From: Podarcis liolepis
Taxonomy: Eukaryota
Length of the DNA: 64,000 nt
Assembly: GCA_965112155.1 (NCBI GenBank)
Contig: OZ218098.1
Strand: one strand, 5' to 3'
A program made the position numbers and the translations under genes. Positions 49,301 to 63,540 of the stretch are shown here, one piece after another (positions within the stretch are counted from its first letter, which is position 1; the number at the start of each line of letters is the position of its first letter). Below the pieces are notes generated by a model, which did not search any database, was not told the DNA's origin, and saw only the letters and a list, made by a program, of their open reading frames with translations.

Positions 49301-50834
49301 TTCAGGTAATGTACCTGCTTTAGAGGGCAATACTACAGAGAGAAGATTCCAGGCCTGCATCCCTCACACCTAACCCTGTATTTGCTTATTCCATAGAAGC
49401 ATATATATTTCTAGGATACTCACGGCTTTACACAATAACTGATTATTATTAGAAACATTTAAATGAGCCCATGTAGGTATACGCTCCGAAATAAATGACG
49501 TAAAATAGCTAAGGGTTTCTTCTCCATTGGACTCCATTGGACAGTGGTCCTCTGCTTTTTTTCTTTTTTTGCAAGTTTATATTGAATTAATTTTAAATTG
49601 TTCTTCAAGCATTTATGGGAATTGTGCCCCAGCTACACCACTGAATTCCAATGGGGATTTCTGCCTTTACTCAAACACACAGAGACTTTGACCTGAATGC
49701 TACACTTCTTACTTCCATGGTTTTTGAGTTATTTCATAAGAGATAGCACAATAAGGCTTCTATTCACTTTGCTCTGGAGGCAAAGTAAATGATTCCCTGA
49801 CCTTCTATTAAGGAAAGGACCACATTCTACTGTAACTGAGCTGCAGAAGAACTTATTTGTTTACCCCATTGGCAAACCCATTACAGTAAACCACGGAGCA
49901 TTAAGTCTACATAGATACCATAGGGAAGGACACACAACAAAATAGAAGGCAGGAACATTAATGGTGATATGTATACATACATAACATGGCTGATTGTTAG
50001 TTGTCAAAAGAGGGCTGGGTTCTGGAGCTATGTTTGAAGAAATGAAAACAAAAATGTGGATAGGATTTTAAAGTACTCAACTTTTCAATATTTAGCCGGT
50101 TGGTTTATTCAAAGAATGCATTTTCATTTTAGAAAAGGATGCAGTTGGAATAGGCAAATGCCATGGCCCAGATGATCTCTAGACAGAAAGCAAATGTCTT
50201 GTTTTCCAACCCTAGAAAACAAGTCAGACGCAACACTAGTACAGTCTCTGCTTACTCAAAAGTTTGAATTATATTTGGTGGTGGTTGTAATTCTATGCCT
50301 GCTTACTCAGATGTTAATGGTACATACAGGGCTTACTCTCAGTTAAGTGTACATAAGATTGCAGGCTGTATTAAACTTTAAAGAGACCTAACAAGATGTA
50401 TGTCTTGCTAGCATTTTAAACTGAAATAAAGACGAGTTGACCTTTTATCACTGCTCTGCAGTCTTTTGTTACTTTGTCTTCTGGGAGATCAATATATTTG
50501 TCAGAATGTTTGTGAATGTGAGATAATTTTTCAGGTGTTCAAAAGACAGCTGAGTCTGTTGACCTTTTCATCACCAATACCATCACCACTACCAAAGATA
50601 ATTCTACATTTCCTTTACTTCTCTTTCTGATTAGGAGGTCTTTCAGTAAATAGATTCTACTTTCCTTTCTTTTAACAGACAGCTGGTGCTTTGAACATGG
50701 GGTGAATATTTTTATTTCCATTACTAGATTTCTAAAACTGTTCTAAGTCATTATAATTTATGAAAGACAAACCCAGTTATCACTGGCCCTTTGATAATTT
50801 AATCCAAGGGTTTAATGTGGCAATGTGACAAATA

Positions 50835-50944
50835 TTTGTTGGACTACAGCTGTCATTAACCCTAGACAGCATAGTCAATGGTCATAGGCCAGGGGTTGTG
50901 GGAGTATAGCAACATGTGGAGAGCAACAATTTTCCCACTCCCTG
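50835..50944. mobile_element. Palindromic hAT-type MITE copy
   Basis: ttgttggactacagctgtcatt..gcatagtcaatggtc..tgtgggagt..gcaacatgtggagagc..cccactccctg. Confidence 0.65.
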
Positions 50945-52237
50945 TATAACCTACACTGAAGGTAATGGATTGACTCCTAAGATGCTCTGAAAAGAGGTTT
51001 GCTTACAGAATGGACACTCTCTGAACCTGCTAAGTGAAGGGGGAGGAGTGATTGTCACTTGATTAGTATTGTGCAAGTGACAATTGCCTACAATGTCTAG
51101 GCAACGGGTCTCTGATTGTTCAAATTCTTCAGTGAAAAGTGCAGCCTGGGTAGGATTTTGTCCCACCATAGTTTAAAACTGTCCATGCAATCAGTATCTG
51201 CTTGGTATCATTTCTGTGGCTGCAATCCTATGTACACTTCCTTGGAACTAAGCATTGTTAAACTCTGTGGTGTTTGCTTGTGTGAATAAGCAAATTCAAG
51301 ATTGGACTGTATACCATCAATTTCTTCTCCAGCTGCATATTCATTTCATTTCTCACCCAAATCTATATTACTGCAGGAAAGTCAGTCACTGCTTGTATCA
51401 CTGGGGTAATTAATGTACTCGTTTAAATTTACATTCTTGTTCTTATCTATTAGCTGCTCTTCCAGTACAGTGTTTAAATAAAGATGCTACTGCCAAGAAT
51501 AATAAATAATTAAGAATTTCTTTGAGCACCTCACAAGGTATAAGTAATTGCTCTTTACAACAGATAAGCCTACTAGTGGGAGACAGGGAAATAATAAATT
51601 TCAAGGTGCATTGCTGGAAGTAGGTGCTGATCCTGATGCAGTTACTGGTGATGGAAGTATTATACTGCTGCTTCTGCTGCTGTTTTTTCTAAGAAAGTGT
51701 GTCCCTTAGCAAAATTAAACAAAACACGTTCTTAAAAACCCAGATACCTTCTAATAAAAGGAATCTAGCCCCTTACTGTACAAAATATTCCTGAGATCCA
51801 TGTTTCATATTATCTGTGGTTATACATCTGGAATGTATAATTTCCTAAGCAGAAATGACATAATAGTGATAAATGATAAGATAACAACACAAAGCAAGTA
51901 TGCAGCCAATAGATATATGGCCGAGATGTTTTCTCCTTTGTTCTTTACACTGAAGAAAGAACACTAAACACTAGGGAAAAAAGTAAAAAATATAGCAAAC
52001 ATTCGGTAGTTCTACATGACATTCATGTCTCCATTGTTACCAGTACTGAAACAAACTCTTTCTAAGTGGGGAAATGTACATCATTGTTTGCCCATTTCTA
52101 GTTTGAGGCTTATCACTTTAGAATAACAGAAACCAAACTGGGATTTACTGAGCATGCATGAATATTCAATAAAGGACTTGAGAATTCTGTAGCTTTCTGA
52201 TTTCATTATCATTAGAAGTATTCTATTCTATTAATTC

Positions 52238-52238
<1 letters not shown>

Positions 52239-52312
<74 letters not shown>
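52239..52312. repeat. Compound microsatellite (TC)20(AC)16
   Basis: Read directly: TC 52239-52278, AC 52281-52312. Confidence 0.96.
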
Positions 52313-52315
<3 letters not shown>

Positions 52316-55300
52316 TATTTCAAGTAAGATATCATCTCCATTATGTTTCAAGAAAAATGGATATCTATAGGGAATTGGAAAATAGGATGAAAAGCAGAAT
52401 AATGAATGATTAGACTTGAATCAGTGACTGTAGAATGCACAGGGCTTTCAGTGCTGCAAACATGAAAAATTCACTACTATTGGAGAGAATGGCAGCAGCT
52501 CATACAATCACAATGCATTATAACATAAACTAGCAAAACACCGATCATTTATGGTCAGGATAGAGAGAGGCCTATATGGCACAGAGATGAAGGTTGCACA
52601 CAGAGACATGGAATCAGGGCTGGTCACTGAACTGAGTTAAGCGAATGCCTCAGCCAGCAGTTTTGGGTGTCATGAAAGGGCAGCAAATGGTTGCCTTTTG
52701 ATTTGTTTTTAATGCACTATTACTCCCTGGTAGTACTTGTGGAATTTTCTGGTTCAGGTGCCAAAATAACTTGGCGAGTCTTCTGTGCTACGCATCTTAA
52801 TTGTGTGCATGTGGGGGCGGGGGGAGTTGTTCCACCTTGGACAGCCAAAGTCTTATACCAGCCCTCCACAGATCACACATTCCTTCAGGGTCTCTGTGGA
52901 TTGAGTTACCAGAGGTCAAGGTCATGCCCTAGACCCTGGGGTTATCTTACAACCTGCTATTCACTCCAATGGTAAAAACAAACGAAACAAAATAATTGAA
53001 AACACTGTTGTGGAGAGGGTGTGGGGCAGGTTTTGCAACTGTGTCTCAGACTGTCATTTACATACTATAGAACTGAATTGGAACTGCTGAGAATTGAGTC
53101 AAATCACATCCAGATAACCAAATATTGAAAATGTCATATTATTGCTCTTCTTACCCTTTGTTGTTTTCTATTCTCAGCTGCTATGGATAGGCATTTGTCC
53201 AGCAAATTATACTAATTTTTGAAAATATGTAAGTAAAATATCATGGCCAATGGAATATCTGGAAAATAGGCATGCCTACCTGTCTGCTACCTTGAACAGG
53301 AGCATTCCACAGTCCAACATATCATTGCAAGCAGCCTCCAACTTTCCCATCTCTATTCCTTCTAATATCCCTTATATTCCTTCCAGCATTCCCACCCTCC
53401 ATTCCAACTCTCCATCTATCTCCATCTCTATATATGGCCATTTCAACCACCAGCACAGCTTTGTGGTACCCACTGATAGCTTGCTGTTGTTACTGTGGAT
53501 AATGAACAGCTGGGTGTTTGGGAAATATATATGTTCTTAAGTAAAATTATTTTATGGTTTACATTAGAATCAGTGCACATTGCTGTTGTGGCACATGCAC
53601 TGCAAGGCATTTTGTATTGCTGATAATGTAAGGTCCACTCAGCTGTTTAGTGGCCTTCTCCTCTTCAAGCCCCAGCAGGCATGCTCTTCCCATCATAAGT
53701 ATGAGTATGTGAGACACTTAAGGTCCTGGAGAAGCAAATGATGTGAGGTACAAGTGGTCTTAGATTAGTAACAATGCTCAAACTTTTTTTTTCCAGTTGT
53801 GGCGCATCAACAAATCTGTTGTGGAACCATCATGGAGTGACTGGAGACCAATCTTTAGCTAATTTGCTATTGACAGCCCATCTACAAATGCAGAGCATGG
53901 TATGGAGCTTGAATAACAAAAAGCTATTACTTGTTAGTGGCTAAATCTACAAGGAGGTCAACAAGAAGACCACCCCAATCACTTTTTGATCCTCTATTCC
54001 CATACCTTGCCCTGCATTTATAGATGGGATCTTAAAAACAAACCAACTAAACTTTAACCCAGTAGATGAAGACAAACAATAGGGCCTTCCCTTTTGCGGC
54101 TCTCCTGGCAGCACAGATGGCAGAGACCTTAATGGGCTTCCACCACCGGGGCCACCATTCTCACTGATCTCTGGACTGCTGCAGTAATGTTTTGTGTTTT
54201 ATTTGTCATTTTATTAAAATGTGCTTTTCACTTAGTTATTTTATGTTTTGGAAATTGCATTGGTATTATTAACTGATGAGAAAATAAACATTTGTGCCCA
54301 GTCTCCGCAATACAAATTAATATAGTGGCATCCTAGTTTGGTTTGGTAATGTGCTGTCACTCTGCTGGACACTTGTCTAAAACAAGAGCAATGTGTTTTT
54401 ATTTACAATCATTCATAAACTAATGTACAACCTTGAACATTTTCCATACTTCCCAGAATGCTTTAGTAAGTTACATTCCTTTGAATGTAACTGTGCTCAA
54501 CAATAATTCTGTTCATTTCATTTTAAAGGTCAGGGCTGTATAATTCTGAGGGTTTGTTTTTGTGTGTGTGTGGTTTTTTGCAAATAGGAATATTTTCAAA
54601 AGATCATGTCTAATTCCAATTGGCATACTTAAATATTCATAACTCTGTCTGATGTTCAGATATTTGTAATTCAAATCATTAAAAAATTTCTTTTTTTCTT
54701 TACAAGCAAGGCCATGCTCAAAAGTGTCATAGTTCATCTGCAACAAATTAAAAATTTAACAACTTGCAACCTCCTTGACTAAACAGAGCAAACTCCTCAG
54801 TGACACACATAATTCAGTTGACCCAGCTAAGCAGATCTTACTTTATTTCATAAGGTTTAATGCAGATAAGTGTTATGCAAGCTGTAAATGCAATATTGGT
54901 ATTATAGTTCACAGTAATATGATAATTAAACAGTATTTACCCTTTTAAAATATGGTCTCCTGATGGTTTTGCCCCAGCCATTTTTAATCCTTCATAGTTT
55001 GCACTTGTATGATTAATATTAAATAAATGCCTCTCTTCATGTGCACAGAAGTAACCAAAGTAAATGGTTTTTAAATGGAATTTTGAACTCATCCTCTCCC
55101 ACAAACAAAATGAATTAACTTGCTAAAAACTTAAGGATGAAGATAAGGTTATAGTGGGAAATTGATACTGATTTTGACTAACACTCTTGCCAGCACATAC
55201 ACATATAGAAGTTGTGCTTTCTATTGTCCCTAATCATTGGTCATGTTTGCTACAGCTGATGGGAGCTGTAGTTCAGCAACATCTGGCAGTACATGCTTTC

Positions 55301-55340
55301 TATGTGCTTCTTTTCACTTTTTATGATGTGCTGAAAAAAT

Positions 55341-55529
55341 AAGGTAAAAGGTAAAGGACCCCTGGACAGTTAAGGTGACTGTGGGGTGCAGTGCTTATCT
55401 CGTTGCAGGCCGAGGGAGCCGACATTTGTCCACAGCTTTCCGGGTCCTGTGGCCAGCATGACTAAACTGCTTCTGGTGCAATGGAACACCGTGACGGTAG
55501 CCAGAGCGCACAGAAACACCGTTTACCTT
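55341..55529 (-). mobile_element. Sauria SINE 3' half with (ACCTTT)n tail
   Basis: aaggtaaaaggtaaaggacccctgga..ggccgagggagcc..tgtggccagcatgactaa..aaacaccgtttacctt; matches 25551-25705. Confidence 0.92.
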
Positions 55530-57419
55530 ATATATCAAGAAGTGACTGCCTGGCAAGGCAAAAAAACATGCCTACCTATCAATCTTCAAGAGTTTGAAGC
55601 TAGAATGTCTTCCATTTGTGAATATTATTGCTTATTCTGTCAACATCAGAGATGAATGAAAGTCTCATTGTACCAAGTTCAGAAAGTGTGAGAAACTGAA
55701 GGTCAATGTAATGACATAATTCTGCCACATGAATAACTCTGCTGAAGATACCTATGGAATTTCTGAACTAATTTTATTTAAAAAGCCTGGAAATCAGTCA
55801 ATAAACAAGGGGACAAAGATCAGCAGAAAATAACACTTGCCAGCTAGATAGCTGGGAAGGAAATATGGGGGACTGAGGCATATGCAGTGAATAGTTAGGC
55901 GAACTTAAATCAATGTGTTGGATTGTAGCTAAGGAGTCTCACAGTCCGGCACTTAAAAAGAAATGGTGGGCAACCCTCTCCAAAGCAATTAAATAAAGAA
56001 ATTTTATTTTTAGGATTTCCAGAACAGCAGAGCACATTTAAGCCTTCATCACAAGACAGTTATCAAATGTCATTTAATACTGAGTTGCAAGGGAAACTTG
56101 GCATTCTGCTGTCTGAATGACTGTAAACATTAAGTAATGCTACAAAAAACTGGGAATCCAAAGTTTTTGGACTTTGTGAACATCAGAAGAAGGCAAACAG
56201 AAATGTTTCCTTATGAGGGAGGAGCTTTTACCCACACTCCAGTGTTACTGTCGCTTTTGTATAGCTAACACCAACCATATTCACAGTAGAACTATTAGTT
56301 CCTTATAATGCTTTAGCCTAATAGCTGTTACATATAACTGCATGAAGTCACTGCAACACTAAGTTGAAGACATGCAGCCTAGCCCTACTGTATTTATTCA
56401 GAAAGTTTCAGTGGGACTTATTGTCAAGTATGTGCATAAGGGGAATGGTATGATAAGCCTAAGAGGAAAAACCTCCCCCTCTACACACACACTCAAGGGT
56501 TACATGAGACCAGGATGTTATAATGCCTCATAAAACAACCATTTAGTTGGCCTTGACTAATAAACCACGCTATGTCAAAGGATTAGGGCAGGTATTATGA
56601 CAATGATACTGGTTTCGTACAGTAAAAGCATGAAATGAACATGGATTTGAACCCAAAGCCCAAATACAGCCTTTTTCTACTATAAAGAGAGCATAACAAA
56701 GTCAATAAGTTTACTGAAAGATCATAAAAGCATGTGTTCATATGAATCCCAAGTGCTATGCCATCTAGTGACCCTTCACTGCTTAGGAAGCATACATACA
56801 GTACTTGTTTTCTTGAAATACAGAACTGGTTAGATGAGCAATAGGATATACTAAAATTCTTAATCATAAATTGCTACAGGGGAAGTAAAAAGAACATTTA
56901 ATGCAATGGCTACAATTCATCACCAGTACAGTAATATGTTTACTTAATGCATCTGTTTCTAGTAGATTGGATTTATCTATCATTTGCCGCAGCTTTAGGC
57001 CACAGAAACAAAAACACATATCCAACAAACATATCCAACATATCCATCAAAATATATGACTTCTGTTTAAAAATACTGTAGAACAAAACAATAAACATAC
57101 CATATACAGATAGCAGAATATTAAAATATAATCAAATCCCCCAACTCAAAACACAAGATACAGGAATATATATCTATATAGAGTAATGTTACTATTACAG
57201 AAATCAGGATGAGCTAAAATGACTAACATGTTGATGTTACTATTTTTTCCAGATATTAATATTACTAAGCTGTGTCCTCAGTTTTGTTTGGCAAAATGCA
57301 AAAGCTGCCCTTGCATCAGTAATTTAGGTGATATTGATCACCCTCAATTTTTTAAAGGAATTTGGCAAAAGAAATTTCTTTCTAGAAACGGTCACATGTA
57401 CTTTCCTACAATAACAATA

Positions 57420-58040
57420 ACTATTATTATAGTTATTATTTTGTTTATATCCTACCCATCTGGCTGTGTTTCCCCAGCCACTCTGGGCAGCTTCCAGCAA
57501 AATATTAAAAAATATAAAACATTAAAACATTAAAAACTTCCCTGAACAGGGCTGCTTTCAGACGTTCCCTAAAAGTTATGTAATTCTCTATATCTCAAAC
57601 ATCTGATGGGATGGCATTCCACAGGGAGGGTGTCACTGCCAAGAAGGCCCTCTGTCTAGTTCCCTGTAACTTTACTTCTCGCAGTGAGGGAACTGCCAGA
57701 AAACCCTCGGAAGTGGACCTTAGCGTCCAGGCTGAATGATGGAGGTTGAGACGCTCCTTCAGGTATATTGGGCCGAGGTCAGTACCAACACTTTGGACTG
57801 CGCTCAGAAACATACTGGGAGCCAATGAAGATCCTTTAGGACCGGTTTTATATGGTCTTGGCGGCCACTCCCAGTCATCAGTCTAGCTGCCACATTCTGG
57901 ATTAGTTGTAGTTTCTGAGTCACCTTCAAAGGTAGCCCCATGTAGAGTGCATTGCAGTAATCCAACTGAGAGATAACCAGAGCCTCTACCACTCTGGCGA
58001 GACTGTCTGCGGGCTGGTAGGGTCTCTGCCTGCATACCAA
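57420..58040 (-). mobile_element. L2 LINE 3' fragment (ORF2 C-terminus plus 3' UTR)
   Basis: Minus ORFs LARVVEALVISQLDYCNALYMGLP..KLQLIQNVAARLMTG..DHIKPVLKDLHWLPV and GPIYLKERL..RQRAFLAVTPSLWNAIP are typical L2 ORF2 motifs. Confidence 0.95.
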
Positions 58041-58597
58041 ATTTAACAAATATACACTTAAATTAGCAATAAGTTCCAACCTGTTCTTAATTAAATACCT
58101 ATAGATTCCAATGAAGGAAAATCACTCTTTATAGCATAATTATACAAATGGAATATGTAAATTAAAGCCAGACTGAATAATAGCTTCCATGATGCAACCA
58201 GGCATTTTCTATAATGTAAACATTCTGGAAGCTAGTTTGTTTCCAGTATTAGTGGGAACAGATAAATTTGCAGATTTAAAGTTTTTGGAAAGTGGAATGT
58301 ATTGTATGAAAGATCGACTGTGAAAAATAACAAGAGAACTATGTAATTTGATTTATATGTCTGGTTAACCATCTGCAACTCAATGAAACCCTATAGACGC
58401 AGCATTTTGATTTATCAGAATCGTATTACCAAGCGCCTTTTGTTCCTGATAGGTGCCTCAATAAATGATGGTGCATTCCCTTCTCAGGCCCCCCCCCCCA
58501 CAAAAAAGATACATGACTCCTGTGGACAGTTAGCAGACTCCTGTTTATCAAGAGAGACCAGGGACTAGTACAGCATCCTGTTTCCAACAGTGCCCAT

Positions 58598-58960
58598 CAG
58601 GGATGAGGAGAAGTTTGATTCCATATGCATTTTAAATGATTTTGCACTTTCTGAAACAATATGTGAACTGAAACACATTTATCCTTCAAAATTTGCATTT
58701 ATCCAAATTTTGCAAGGCAATGTTTACAAAAATGGATATGTTAGGGGAAAGCGTGCATAGGAAAGAAGATATTCATGATGATAACATACCAAAAAAAAAA
58801 TGCATGGTGTTGTGGGGAATGGCTTGCAAATGGAAACTAACTCCTTAATACTGTGTTTTAAGGAGAAATTTGCACTTAAATTCTGATGAATTTTCATGAG
58901 AATTACTCATTTAAAAAATCTCAAATTGAAGAACTGAATTTAAGATGGGAAAAATGAGAG
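58598..58960. mobile_element. Decayed AT-rich non-autonomous DNA transposon (agggatg.. start)
   Basis: Starts cagggatgaggaga; related to the reverse complement of 33470-33836. Confidence 0.45.
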
Positions 58961-59989
58961 AACCAGAATGCCATACTGCATTTGTTGATGTACTTAAACT
59001 CACACAAGTGCCTTCTATTATTTCAAGTCTAGGAACAAGCCTTTATCACTTCCCATAAATATTGCACAAGGATCGTTTCTCTGAACCACTAAAGCGAATG
59101 GGTTCGGCAATATGTGTGTTTTTCATTGCATATACCCACTGCCAAGAATGGAGAAGGGGAAGGGGATACATGACATTCTTCATTTATAGAAGACGTTGTC
59201 TAAACCAGATTATAAGTAGAATGTTAATTGCTATTAGAGTTAAATATGCCATTTAATTTATCCAAATGCCACTAACAAGGCAAATAAAAATAATGAGCAC
59301 AGCCATGAAAAGAAAACAGATAATAGCCACGGTGCATATTACTTACAAATCCTATAGACAAGAAACATGACATTTCCATTTACCATGAGTAATCCATTTA
59401 TCACGAGTAATGCATAAGGTTTTAGGGCAGAAGTATTGATAATTAGGATTATATATTCTAATGTGATTTGTTCACTTCTAAGGAATGGCTGTTCATTGAA
59501 TGTAAAACAGGAATACAGAAGCTGGAATCAAATGTGCATCTAAAGTACTGAAACAAGTCCACAAACTTCATTGACTCCATTTTCTTTCCGAGCAGCAAAG
59601 AAATAACAACAAGCTGGTGGCTTTATACATTTAAGCAAATAAATGTACATAGTGGACTTCTCAAAAGTGGATTTTCTTCAGGCAACAAATGCACACAACC
59701 CCTTTTGAGAGCAAGAGTTCCCCCACCAAAATGTCTCTCTCTTAATAGTCCATTATTCCCACCTAAAATAATAATATTGAATCTTCATCATGTGATATGG
59801 AAATGAATTAGTAATACAGCGGCATCTATGTTTAGGACTTTATTAAATATGAGAGGACATGTTGCAGCCCCAGGAGTCTTACAATTACGATTAAATGACT
59901 CAAGGGAGCCAACAGAGCAATGTAGTGAAACAAAGGGAAATAGTGAAAGAGTGTGCTATTATGTGCATTTAGACTTAGTTACAGTATGG

Positions 59990-60371
59990 CCAAAGAACTG
60001 ATGCTTTTGAATTATGGTGCTGGAGGAGACTCTTGAGAGTCCCATGGACTGCAAGAAGATCAAACCTATCCATTCTGAAGGAAATCAGCCCTGAGTGCTC
60101 ACTGGAAGGACAGATCCTGAAGCTGAGGCTCCAATACTTTGGCCTCATGAGAAGAGAAGACTCCCTGGAAAAGACCCTGATGTTGGGAAAGATGGAGGGC
60201 ACAAGGAGAAGGGGACGACAGAGGATGAGATGGTTGGAAAGTGTTCTCAAAGCTACTAACATGAGTTTGACCAAACTGCAGGAGGCAATGGAAGACAGAA
60301 GTGCCTGGCGTGCTCTGGTCCATGGAGTCACGAAGAGTCGGACACGACTAAACGACTAAACAACAACAACA
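59990..60371 (+). mobile_element. BovB (RTE clade) LINE 3' fragment with 9-bp TSD
   Basis: DAFELWCWRRLLRVPWTARRSNLSILKEISPECSLEG..HGVTKSRTRLND*, (CAA)n tail, flanked by acagtatgg at 59981-59989 and 60372-60380. Confidence 0.97.
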
Positions 60372-60557
60372 ACAGTATGGAAACCTTTCACAAATTGCTG
60401 CCCTCCAGACATTTTCAGACTGAATCTCCCATTAACTCTAACCAGGACAGTGATGCTGATGTCTATGCTGATGAGAGTTACAGTAGCAGCCAGCATGTAC
60501 TTCCCCAATCACTGTTTAGAAACTGAATTCTGACCACTCATTTATGAGTGGACCATT

Positions 60558-60695
60558 CAGGGACTGGAGAATCTGTGGCCCTCAAGATGTTGTTGGATCC
60601 AGCTCCCATCATCCCAAGGCAGCATAGCCAGCGATTAAGGATGATGAGGATGATAATCTAGTAACAGATGGTGGGCCACAAGTTCTACATCCTTG
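60558..60695. mobile_element. Palindromic hAT-type MITE copy (another decayed copy at about 60381-60514)
   Basis: cagggactggagaatctgtggccctcaagatgttgttgga..cagatggtgggccacaagttctacatccttg, inverted arms. Confidence 0.8.
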
Positions 60696-61304
60696 ATTTA
60701 TATTGTTTTATGGAAGTGGGAATATAAAAAAGGAATGCAACACAAGAAATACCTATACCTCCATTTGCACAATGGAAACTGGTCCACTGGGGGAAATGGG
60801 TCATTGCCCCACCGAGCTTAGTTTGCCCTCATCCAGAACCTGTTTGGCTATCTCCTTACATACTTATACTGTTTCAGCAACCTATATATTCATATTTGAA
60901 TAATGCTCAGTTTCCCCCACTATGCATCTCATAAACCCTTCAGGGATCAGGGCTGGTTCTTAAATTAATGATAAACCTAACTTGGAAAACTGAGCTTTGC
61001 ATACTCCCCAGAGAGCAATCTAGCTACATGTGATTTTGTAGGTCTGTGAGCTAATTCAGAAATCCAAGAACAAAATTCAGCACTGGGGAACATTCTGCAG
61101 ATTTGTAAGTCTCCCAGGGATCAGTGCCTTTGCAGAACAAAGTAATAGTAATAATAATAATGCTATTTTTCATACAAATCTCTTTGATGTAAAGCTTTTC
61201 TGCTTTTATGGTTTACTTGCACAAAATTTCTAGGCAATTTGATTTCCAGCAATCATTGGGTTGTGTATTTTGGTTTCAAGAAGTGCACTGGAGCAAACAG
61301 TGTA

Positions 61305-61612
61305 CTATAGGATCTGACAGGTACAGCCAGTACCTGTTCATATTACACCTATTTTGAAAGATCTGCACTGGATGCCTATTCACTTCTGAGCCCAATTTAA
61401 GGGCTGGCACTCACCTTTAAAGCTGATGCTTACCTTTAAAGCCCTAAACACATTGAAACCAAAATACCTGAAGAAGTGCCTCTTCCCATGCCTGCCACCC
61501 TGTGTTTTTAAATCTCTTGGAGAACTCCTGTTCCAAGTACCTTCTTAAGTAGAGGTACACCAAGCTTCTAAAAAGAGGGAATCCTTTGGTGATGGTTTCT
61601 CAACTTTGGAAT
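61305..61612 (+). mobile_element. Decayed L2 LINE ORF2 fragment
   Basis: catattacacctattttgaaagatctgcactggatgcct encodes HITPILKDLHWMP; tttaaagccctaa..aaatacctgaag. Confidence 0.8.
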
Positions 61613-63289
61613 TGAGTGCCAGCAATGCAAGGCTCTCCCTGTGATTTACAACCACCCTGGATGGAGTGGGTTGGAGTGGAGGCAACAGGGTTGAACTGAA
61701 TAGGGTGGACAGATTATGGCCAATTCACAGAATGAAGGTGACCCAACTGACAGTGTCTGTTATCATTCCTAAAGCTTTGAATTACCAACCTGCATAGATG
61801 TTTTCTAGATGGTCCTTCCCATGCTTAACTCCTTATTCATATAATGTATTATCAAAGGTGATGTGACCTGTAGCCTCTGGTTTTGGACTGATTACTTTCT
61901 TGAGGAATCTACTTTACACACAAGTTAGTTCCTGGTGTTTTTTGTTTTGTTTCGGTGGCTTGCTTTTCTAACTCAGTTGTAATCTGAACTATATTGGTCT
62001 GCAATGGCCTAATATTGCATGAGGATGGTATCACTCAATAGTATGGAAACTGGTAGGTCTTTGACCCAGCAGTTTCCACCTGTAGACTAAACAGGCTAAA
62101 CTAGACTACACTTCCTGATCTAGACCCACTCTGGTGGAAATGCCTTAGCAGACTAGATGAACTTGTAGCAACCACCAGAGGTTATAGGCATGTAGAGGTT
62201 AAGTTTAAGAAGAAGACCAGGATAAACTGAAGCAAAGTAGCTGCAAGTAGTTCTTGCCACAACTATTAGAAATATCACTGTTCAATGAGCAATTGGGGAG
62301 TGTGCATTTGAATCCATAAAGATAAATTGCCCGAAAGAAAGATTTTTTCCTCCCCATTATCTATAATCTAGAAAAATACCCTACAATCCTACAAGGTAAT
62401 TTCTTTGACCCTAATCATCAGTGTTGCCAAATTCTGGCTGCTAGTCATGTCTGGCCACTGAAATTTAACAAGCTTTCCTGCATCGACAAAATTATGTCTT
62501 GTTCTCCCCAGAATCAAATATAACGAAGTTGCTCATTAAAAATAATGAGCTGCCTTAATAATGAGCCCTGATCTACAGCATCTATCTGCAAAATATCTCC
62601 TTTTCAATTGAAAAATAATTAGATTCAATCAGGGTCCTCAAGCTGGGATATAAAAGGTAACCAGAAAAAATCATACTTAATTATAATAACTGGATACTTT
62701 GAACTTCTGAAAGTGCATGGAAGATAAGTTACGAATCAGCATTTATATCATGGATACAGCATGCTGTATTTTAACTGAGAGCTTTAGACCAAATGCCTGC
62801 GCCAATATTGCATAATATATCAAGTTCAGCTATTTTGAAAGTAGTGTTCTAAAATATACTGAATGCTTGGACCTTCAGTCTGCAACAATTCACACTTCTT
62901 GAGCCAATATAATTCATATTTCTAAGAGCCCGAAAGCTTTGAAAATGCCATAATTTATGCAATAATGGGTGTATGCAGCATCCCAGTTACTACCTGACCC
63001 TGGATCAAAGCAAAACTACCAAATAAAAAGCACATTCTATGCTGAAAATCATCATCATAATCATAATATATTCCACAGTTGGAGACTGTTGCGTTCAGAG
63101 TGTTGAGACTCTTGGAAATAAGAAATTTGGGTGCCAGAATTCTGGCTATTATACTTTGATGGAGTCATATTCCGTCATTTCTAAAGGAACTACATTGGCT
63201 CCGTATTCACTATCTAGTCTAAATCAAAGCACTGGTGCTTATTTTTAAAGCTTGACTCCAAATAATTGAAGGAGTGCTTACTTCCATAC

Positions 63290-63540
63290 TAACCTGCCTG
63301 TGATAATCAGAAGAGGCCTTCTTCCATGTTCTGTTTGTAGCATTTCTGTACAAAAAAAGAGGGCCTTCTCTGTGTTGATAACGTAACTGTGAATCACCCT
63401 TACGATATTTATAGCTGGTTGAGAAGTTTTTATTAATCCTAATTGTACATCATGGTTGTAATGTTTGTTTTACATTGTATTTGCATTTTTAAATGTATTT
63501 GTATACCACCATGTAATAAACAAAGAAGCAGCATGATAAA
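63290..63540 (+). mobile_element. Decayed L2 3' end
   Basis: cagaagaggccttcttc..agagggccttctctgtg..ctgtgaa followed by a T-rich UTR. Confidence 0.55.

Noticed and set aside
53340-53435. Ser/Pro/Ile-rich ORF segment
   Set aside because: Low-complexity pyrimidine-rich DNA with no splice signals
254-63248. The short ORFs in the supplied track as genes
   Set aside because: All are 60-153 aa, many with non-ATG starts and no recognisable domains. The recognisable ones are BovB, L2 or SINE fragments or their antisense frames.
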